The position numbers were made by a program, and so were the translations under genes. Shown here one piece after another: positions 57,971 to 64,000 of a stretch of 64,000 nt of DNA; position 1 is the first letter of the stretch, and each line of letters opens with the position of its first letter. The DNA is from an uncultured Planctomycetota bacterium (GTDB lineage Bacteria > Planctomycetota > Phycisphaerae > UBA1845 > JANYLN01). The DNA lies in assembly GCA_963787325.1 (NCBI GenBank), contig CAWBCK010000001.1, positions 156,924 through 220,923 on the forward strand, in the 5' to 3' direction. The notes beneath the pieces are model-generated. The model ran no database searches and was not told the DNA's origin. It saw nothing but the letters and a program-made list of their open reading frames with translations.

Positions 57971-59830
57971 TCACGGTGAGTACAAGGCATCAACGTTCGT
58001 CTTCGTCACGTTCGGATTGTTCGCCGAATAGGACGAGCCGGTCAGGCGACTGAGATTCTCGGGAGGATAGTGGCTGGTGCTGATCCAGTTCTGTTTCGGC
58101 GATCCGACCAGTACCCGGCCCTGGCCGTCGAACTCCAGCTGGTAGATGTACTCCTCCCAGCGATCATCCGTGTAATCTGTAGGGGGCGGCCAGGGACCGA
58201 AGTTTGAGTAGAGGTCCATGTCGATCTCAACGACGCTCTCGTCGTCGCTGCCGGGTGCCTCATGCCAGCTGGAATAGTACCGGTAGATTGCCTGGTTCCA
58301 GACCTCCTCCGATTTGCTGGGCGGGTCGGCGATAGCCCGCATGTTGCTCTGGACCGGCACGCTGTCTTCACCGATACAGGTGTGAATGATGCGGTAGACG
58401 TCGTCGCAATAGCCGTCAATGTCCTCGCCGGCGTTTGGAGTCGGCGGACCGACCGGGATGCCGTACATGCTCAGTCCCTGGTCGACGTACGGCGCCGTAT
58501 CAGCCAGTTCGGTGTACAAACCCTTCATGTCGTCCATCGTGAAGTTGATGCCGTTCTTCGTCGTGCCCTGTGGTACCGGCACGAGGATCGAGGCGATCGA
58601 CCATCCCCAGCAGTGGCCGGACCAGTAGGTACCGCTCGACTTGTACTGCGCCTCCCAGGCGCGGGCCTGTGTTCCATAAACCTGGTCGTATTTGTCCAGC
58701 GGCCCGCCTGGGTCATACAGCGTAGGACCCTCGCTGGTGTTGAACGGCCACCACCAGCCGTTCCACGGACGGTAGGACGCTTGCCCCTCCTCGATATAGG
58801 TGCTGTCGATCGTGGCAGGCTGCTGCTGCACCAGGCGGATATAGTACCAGCCGGGCTGGCCCTGCGGCACGGTGTAGTGGCACGGGTCGCCCGCGGCGAC
58901 GACCGAACCTTCCAGCATGCCGAAATACACCTGTCCCGCCACCGCCGGTGTCAGGTCTCCGCCGCCTGTATAGATCAACTCGACGTCGGCCCCGCTGATC
59001 GTCAGCTCCCCGCCGTATGCCGATGGAACGTACACCTTGGCAACCTGCGAGCCGCCCACGTCCGTGCTGTAGCCCAGCGAGTCCTTGACGATCTCGGTAG
59101 GCGGCGGTGCCGCATCGACCGTCAGGCTCGCCGTAGCTGTTGCAATAGCCCCTTCATTATCCGTTGCTGTAAAAACAATGGCGAAGGTGCCGGCGCTTGC
59201 CGGGGTAACGCTGTCCGAAAAGGTCCATAGGTCTTCCTCGTTGTCGTCCTGCGTCAGCTCCTGGTCGGCGGCGCCGCCGACCGGCGACAGATCGACGGTC
59301 ACAGAGATCACGGTGCCGTCCGGGTCCGTGGCATTGGCTGACACGGCGATATCGCCGCCGATATTGCGTACGAGCTCGGCGGCTACATCCGCATTACTGA
59401 TCTCTGGCGGCTCATTAAGGATGGCAGGAGCGACGTCGACGTCTATGTCAGCCGTCGATGACATGCCGCCCACTGCCTGCGCGGTGATGATCACCCGCAC
59501 CGGCCCGCTGACCTGCGGATTGACGGTGCCGGTCCAGGTGAAGACGTTGTCGTCGCCCTCGAGCATCGCCGCCGCCGCTTGCCCGCCGACTTGGGAGAGG
59601 TCCACGAAGACAACGGGCGTCGAGCCGTCGGCGTTCGTGACCGTCGCGCTGACGGTGACGGTCGCGGGCTCCAGCTGTGTCAACGTGCCGTCGAAAACGG
59701 GATCAGCGATTTCTGGAGCGATGACACTGATGCCTTCGACAACACCAGTAGTGCATCCGCCAAGCCAGTACAGACATGTAGCAACGAGGAGTCCCCCGGC
59801 CACCCGCCTTACCCATATGCACAGGTTCAT
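57971..59830 (-). CDS. secreted lipoprotein B: lipobox signal + two Ig-like repeats + conserved Cys/Trp-rich domain (GHCWGWS motif)
   Basis: MNLCIWVRRVAGGLLVATCLYWLGGC contains the lipobox LGGC. Two ~90-aa beta-rich repeats. The C-terminal domain shares long blocks with A (KVYVPSxYGGxLTISGADVELIYT, PQGQPGWYYIRL, YRPWNGWWWP, GHCWGWSIASIL, FTMDDMKGLYTE, NFGPWPPPTDYTDDR, QNWISxSHYPP). Intact 619 aa. Confidence 0.75.
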   Translation of the reverse strand: MNLCIWVRRVAGGLLVATCLYWLGGCTTGVVEGISVIAPEIADPVFDGTLTQLEPATVTVSATVTNADGSTPVVFVDLSQVGGQAAAAMLEGDDNVFTWTGTVNPQVSGPVRVIITAQAVGGMSSTADIDVDVAPAILNEPPEISNADVAAELVRNIGGDIAVSANATDPDGTVISVTVDLSPVGGAADQELTQDDNEEDLWTFSDSVTPASAGTFAIVFTATDNEGAIATATASLTVDAAPPPTEIVKDSLGYSTDVGGSQVAKVYVPSAYGGELTISGADVELIYTGGGDLTPAVAGQVYFGMLEGSVVAAGDPCHYTVPQGQPGWYYIRLVQQQPATIDSTYIEEGQASYRPWNGWWWPFNTSEGPTLYDPGGPLDKYDQVYGTQARAWEAQYKSSGTYWSGHCWGWSIASILVPVPQGTTKNGINFTMDDMKGLYTELADTAPYVDQGLSMYGIPVGPPTPNAGEDIDGYCDDVYRIIHTCIGEDSVPVQSNMRAIADPPSKSEEVWNQAIYRYYSSWHEAPGSDDESVVEIDMDLYSNFGPWPPPTDYTDDRWEEYIYQLEFDGQGRVLVGSPKQNWISTSHYPPENLSRLTGSSYSANNPNVTKTNVDALYSP

Positions 59831-60187
59831 GCACTAACCCCCCGGTGAGCGCACATGTGAATTCCGGCGACACGTCCCTGTCTTGCCGTCGTCCGCGACT
59901 GGCACAGCGAACATGTCCGGAAGTCTCGCGAAATGCTACACCCCGCCACACGCCCAGTTCAAGCAGCCAGGCCGGCTACGAATCGGTGTTGCGAGCAGGA
60001 GAAAACGAAGAGTGGGTACGAACCGGCTCTTGGCACTTTTCCGAAGTTAGCCACGGCCATTGTATTGGGTCGAAAGGCCTCGCCGTTTTGCCGGCCCATC
60101 GCGTTGTGTCAATCGCATTGTCGGCCAGAGCCTGATTGCGAGGTAGGCATTTAGACTAGCCGCGCCGCAAGAAGTACAGGTAGTGCT

Positions 60188-60736
60188 TCATCCTGCGTGC
60201 CGACCGCGCTTGCGCCTCTTGCGGTTCAGTACGACGATCGTTGCCCCCAGGACGACCATCGACGCATTGCCCCCCAGATGCCCCCAACTGACCGCCCCGT
60301 CTTTGCCGAAGCAGCCGCACTGGATCTCCAACTCCCAATACAGCGCCCAGCCGATGGCCCCAAGGAATACGAGGGAAAGGGCAGTCAGAATGCCGATCGA
60401 TTCAACGATCCATATTCCTGTGGCCGCCAGACCTGCTGCGCAGATCTCCAGCCACGGCAGCACGATGGCCATTGGATGCACCAGCCACCAGGGAGCGAGA
60501 TGATAGTTGCGTATCTGCCCGGCCAGAAGGGCAGGATCGCCGATCTTGCGCAGGCCGGCATAGAGGAACACGGCCGCAATCACCCATCTGGCCAGCCTTG
60601 TCGCCCATGACAATGCACGTTGGCGGCCGGTCATGCCCCCGCTGACCGCAAGCGTTTCCGTTCGCACATGGTCTGCGATGTTGGCTTGCCCCTGCGGCAA
60701 TGATCCATAGTGCTCGCTGTTCATGCCGTCTGTCAT
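60188..60736 (-). CDS. MauE/DoxX-family membrane protein
   Basis: 4-TM protein (MauE-like) downstream of the rhodanese gene. Confidence 0.7.
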   Translation of the reverse strand: MTDGMNSEHYGSLPQGQANIADHVRTETLAVSGGMTGRQRALSWATRLARWVIAAVFLYAGLRKIGDPALLAGQIRNYHLAPWWLVHPMAIVLPWLEICAAGLAATGIWIVESIGILTALSLVFLGAIGWALYWELEIQCGCFGKDGAVSWGHLGGNASMVVLGATIVVLNRKRRKRGRHAG

Positions 60737-60797
60737 GATCTGTCACGCAGAAGTCGCCCGTTCGCAGCCCGATCCGGGCTCCGTGGGCGTGTCCCTG

Positions 60798-61280
60798 TTA
60801 CCTTGCGGCGGTCTCTATCTCCATGCCCGCCTTGCGCCAATCGTACCATCCTGCCAGATAGAGTCTCAGGTGTGTGAAACCCGCCTCTCTAAGCAGGTCG
60901 AATACCTCTCGGCTGTCTTCACAATCCGATCCCCCGCAATACACGATCACCTCGTCGGTCGGCGTGGCGTAACTGTAAACCTTTTTAATGTCGGCCGGCT
61001 CGCCATCCGCACTGGCGGGCATGGCGATGCTCCCGGGGATGTGTCCCTGCAGGTAGGCTTTCTCCGGCCGCGCGTCGATCAACACCGCGCCCCGGCCGAT
61101 CGCGTCGATCACGCCGCTGCGATCGATGGCCGCGGCCAGCTGTTCGGGTGTCGGCTGCGGATAGACCGCTTGGCGCGGAACATACCAGGCGATCCCGTTG
61201 GGCCGTATGGCATTGACTGTGGCAGCCAGTCCGCCGGCCACCGTCACTATGGTCGCTATGCGCAATACATATCCCATCAT
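60798..61280 (-). CDS. rhodanese-domain sulfurtransferase (membrane-anchored)
   Basis: N-terminal TM; active-site loop VIVYCGGSDCEDS (Cys-x5). The ATG overlaps the upstream stop (ATGA). Confidence 0.8.
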   Translation of the reverse strand: MMGYVLRIATIVTVAGGLAATVNAIRPNGIAWYVPRQAVYPQPTPEQLAAAIDRSGVIDAIGRGAVLIDARPEKAYLQGHIPGSIAMPASADGEPADIKKVYSYATPTDEVIVYCGGSDCEDSREVFDLLREAGFTHLRLYLAGWYDWRKAGMEIETAAR

Positions 61281-62490
61281 CGTCCCTGCGTTGCCGGCCC
61301 TGGTCGGTGCAGGGTTCGCAGCCGTATCCGTTCGCCACTGGCCGGCAGCATGCTGGGCTGCGTGGCGGGTGTTCTACTCGGCCGATGCAGCCTGCGGCCG
61401 AAACGGAACGGCCTGAGCCTTGCGATGAAGGTCGGGTGCTGTGGACTGTCCGTTGAGACGGTCACCGTCGCGCCCGCCGGCGGCAATGCGGCCTCTGCCG
61501 GCACGGTAATCCATATCTGGTATTCACTGCCCTCGGCCAGTCTGTCGACCTCGACGTGAACGTCCTTGCTGGAAGGCTCTACACCGGTGACATGAATCGG
61601 CGTACCATCGTTGCTCTTCAGCGTGATCCTCCGGTGAAACGGCTCTTCGAGTGGCTGGGGCACCAGCAGCGTTGTCGGCTGAAGCACGATGCGAGGCCGC
61701 ACGTAGCCGTAGACATACACCGCAAGTTCCGGCATCTCCTTCAGGCCCGTCGCCAGAATGACTTTGCTGCGCAGGGCCCCTTCCGGTAGCGGCGGAACTG
61801 TTTCCACGGTAAGCGCATACTTGTGGCCGACCTCGATCGTTTTGAGATCAGCCTTGAGCGACTTGCTGTCGACCCTGGGGGCGTGCAGATCCACCGGCTC
61901 GTCCAGATTGCTGGTGATCGTGACGGTGCGCTTGGCCGGCTTGCTGCGATTGGGCGCGCCGAAGTTGACGCTGCGGGCCGGACTGATCGCGAACCGCAGC
62001 CGGATCTCGCCTTCAATGCTAAAACGTACGTTCGGCTGGCCCGGGTCGTCGGTTTGGATGACGATCGGTTTGTGGAGCTTGCCTGCGCCTCCCGGTCGTG
62101 TCGATCTTGACGTCGATCTGCCATGTGGCTCCCGCGGCAACCGTCTTATCCCATTTGCCGACCGTTGTGCAGCCGCAGCTCGGTGTGTACGCTGCGAATC
62201 GCCAGCGGCTTGTCTGCCGTGTTGACCAGTTCGAACGTGTGCGTGATGGTGTCGCCGGCCCACACCTTGCCGATGTCATACTTCGATTCTTTCACGCGGA
62301 TGTGCGAAACCAGCGGCCTGGTCGCCAAAGGTTGCGTCGCCGGACTCGGCCGCGACGCCGGGCTGGTCTGACTGGCGGGAGCTGCCAGGATGGCGATAGC
62401 CATGGCGCGGCTGACAAAAAGACTTCCGGCCACTGTTGCCAATACCACGGTAGCTGAAACATTGCCGATGGTCAGACCCTTCTGTCGCAT
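61277..62490 (-). CDS. DUF1573 domain-containing secreted protein; 2 frameshifts (near 62150 and 62100)
   Basis: Signal peptide. DUF1573 motifs: DIGKVWAGDTITHTFELVNTADKPLAI...CGCTTVGKWDKTVAAGATWQIDV across two frames. The C-terminal beta-rich region is in ORF 61277..62263. The stop overlaps the rhodanese start. Confidence 0.65.
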
Positions 62491-62618
62491 GTGTCATGTT
62501 CCTCGACTGTCGATGCCTGTGTCTGTCTTCTCTCGTCGCATTCTAATTGCCGCCGCGAGAAAACCAAAGCGCGTTCGGGGCCGCCGACCCCGGCCGTACC
62601 GACGCCGCTGCGGCCCCC

Positions 62619-64000
62619 TTATCCCCCGGACGTGCCTGTCGATCGCGATGTTGCAACCGGCTCAACAAGATAGACACACGCCGTCTCCGGCTGCGCCCGA
62701 GCGGGGTTGATGCCGGATACAGAGCGTTTCTCTGCGATCCGGCCACCCAGCCATTCGCAAACCGCCGGGTCCAACTTGGCGCTCGCGATCAGCACGAAGG
62801 GCTGAGCCGTACGGTCCAGGGATTGCGTCTGTCGTGCGCTCTTTATTCGTTCATACCGATCCGCCGGCAGGTAGAAGAACAGTGCCGGCTCTGTATAGCC
62901 GACCGCAAAGTACCGGCTGTCGGCACCGCCCAAGGCCAGTGCTTGCTCGGCCGCCTTGCGCGAAAGACTGTTGCTGAATGGCGTTCGCGACATGATCGCC
63001 GCCATCAGCACCAGCAGCGCCGGCATCCAGCCGATCGCCATGGCAGTGACCCCCACGCGAAGACTGCGCCTCCTCGCCAGCAGCCACGCAGCCACAGCAG
63101 TACCGCCCAGCAGGACAGCCGCCAGCAGCAGGCTGCCAACTTGCCAGGTCATCATCTCGCCCAGGCAGGCGATACGCGGCGACACGTGGCCCGCTCCTTC
63201 GATCAATAAGTCAGTGCGGCCCGCCCACCAGGCGAACGCACCGATCCCCCCGACGGCGACCGCGAAAACCACCATCGGCACAACCATTCCGGCCGCCCGC
63301 TTCCGGTCGCTTCGCTGCTCGAGATGATCCTTGCCGTGCCACCACATCGCCGCCAGCAGCGCCATCGCAGGCCACGCCGGCAGGATGTAATGCGGCAACT
63401 TCGTCGAGGAGATCTCGCAAAGTATCCACGAGCCGATTACCCACGCCAGCAGCAATGCGACTGTCGAATCACGCCGTCTGCGACGAATCGACCAGCCAAG
63501 CAATCCCGGCAGCAGTGCGCTAAACGGCAGCAGTCCGACCAGTGCCACCGCCAGGTAATACCCCGGCGGGCCCCAGTGATGTTCCATTGGCCGGGCAATG
63601 CGCGTCAGCACCTCAAACAGCACGAACCGTTTGGCTGACGCCTCATGCACCGCGCCGCCAGACATGACGATGTACGCGAACCACCACCCACAGGTAGCCA
63701 TCATCAGCGGCATGCCCCAGAGTACACCGATGGGCAAACGAACCGCTTTGACAAACCATCGCACCAGGCTGCACGCGATGATCAGCCCGCCGATACCAGC
63801 AAAGATCATCCCAGGCACGTGTCGCTGTTTCAGCAGCAGGCTGCCGCCAAATGTCGCCAGCAGCATTCCCGCAGCGAAAAGAAGATAGGGTTTCCAGCGG
63901 AACCGATCCGCCGCAATGACCACCGCCGGCCCGAAGAACGCCAGGATCGCCGGGCCTTTGATCAGCATCCCCAACCCCAGCGCAACCCACATAACCGCGT
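62619..64000 (-). CDS. GT39/GT83 (ArnT/PMT-like) membrane glycosyltransferase, partial (N-terminus beyond window end)
   Basis: Multiple TM segments; STKLPHYILPAWPAMALLAAMWW motif typical of ArnT-like undecaprenyl-phosphate sugar transferases. Confidence 0.7.
   Translation of the reverse strand, partial: AVMWVALGLGMLIKGPAILAFFGPAVVIAADRFRWKPYLLFAAGMLLATFGGSLLLKQRHVPGMIFAGIGGLIIACSLVRWFVKAVRLPIGVLWGMPLMMATCGWWFAYIVMSGGAVHEASAKRFVLFEVLTRIARPMEHHWGPPGYYLAVALVGLLPFSALLPGLLGWSIRRRRRDSTVALLLAWVIGSWILCEISSTKLPHYILPAWPAMALLAAMWWHGKDHLEQRSDRKRAAGMVVPMVVFAVAVGGIGAFAWWAGRTDLLIEGAGHVSPRIACLGEMMTWQVGSLLLAAVLLGGTAVAAWLLARRRSLRVGVTAMAIGWMPALLVLMAAIMSRTPFSNSLSRKAAEQALALGGADSRYFAVGYTEPALFFYLPADRYERIKSARQTQSLDRTAQPFVLIASAKLDPAVCEWLGGRIAEKRSVSGINPARAQPETACVYLVEPVATSRSTGTSGG

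Overview
This is a high-GC (about 62%) bacterial chromosomal segment that is densely coding on both strands. Read left to right it contains: (1) glycan-degradation genes (Zn-alcohol dehydrogenase, GH78 alpha-L-rhamnosidase, a clan GH-A glycosidase, later a heparinase II/III-like lyase and a GH38 alpha-mannosidase with an MFS transporter); (2) an MMPL/RND transporter flanked by a ~28-bp direct repeat; (3) a complete phosphate-acquisition locus on the minus strand (phoB-phoR-[IS]-pstS-pstC-pstA-pstB-phoU, then a VOC protein and an Ldh_2 dehydrogenase) plus a divergent DUF47(PhoU-like)-PiT operon, with an IS1182/IS5-family insertion sequence sitting between phoR and the pstS promoter; (4) housekeeping genes (der, tyrS, oxidoreductases, GNAT, NfeD-like/flotillin pair, ACT/UPF0210 pair); (5) a heat-shock cluster in the unusual order groEL1-groES-groEL2-dnaJ-grpE followed by FmdB and YacG zinc-ribbon genes; (6) a dGTPase and a PAS-PAS-PAS hybrid histidine kinase; (7) a pair of paralogous secreted modular proteins that share an unrecognised Cys/Trp-rich C-terminal domain (one with dockerin repeats, one with Ig-like repeats and a lipobox), with a small secreted protein co-transcribed; (8) a DUF1573-rhodanese-MauE module and a partial GT39/ArnT-like glycosyltransferase running off the end. 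Caveat: at least 30 otherwise well-conserved genes show single-base frameshift-type breaks. The supplied ORF track therefore fragments many genes, and I joined the fragments by homology. The density of breaks suggests uncorrected indel errors in the consensus rather than pseudogenes, but that needs read-level confirmation. No rRNA, convincing tRNA or CRISPR array was found.
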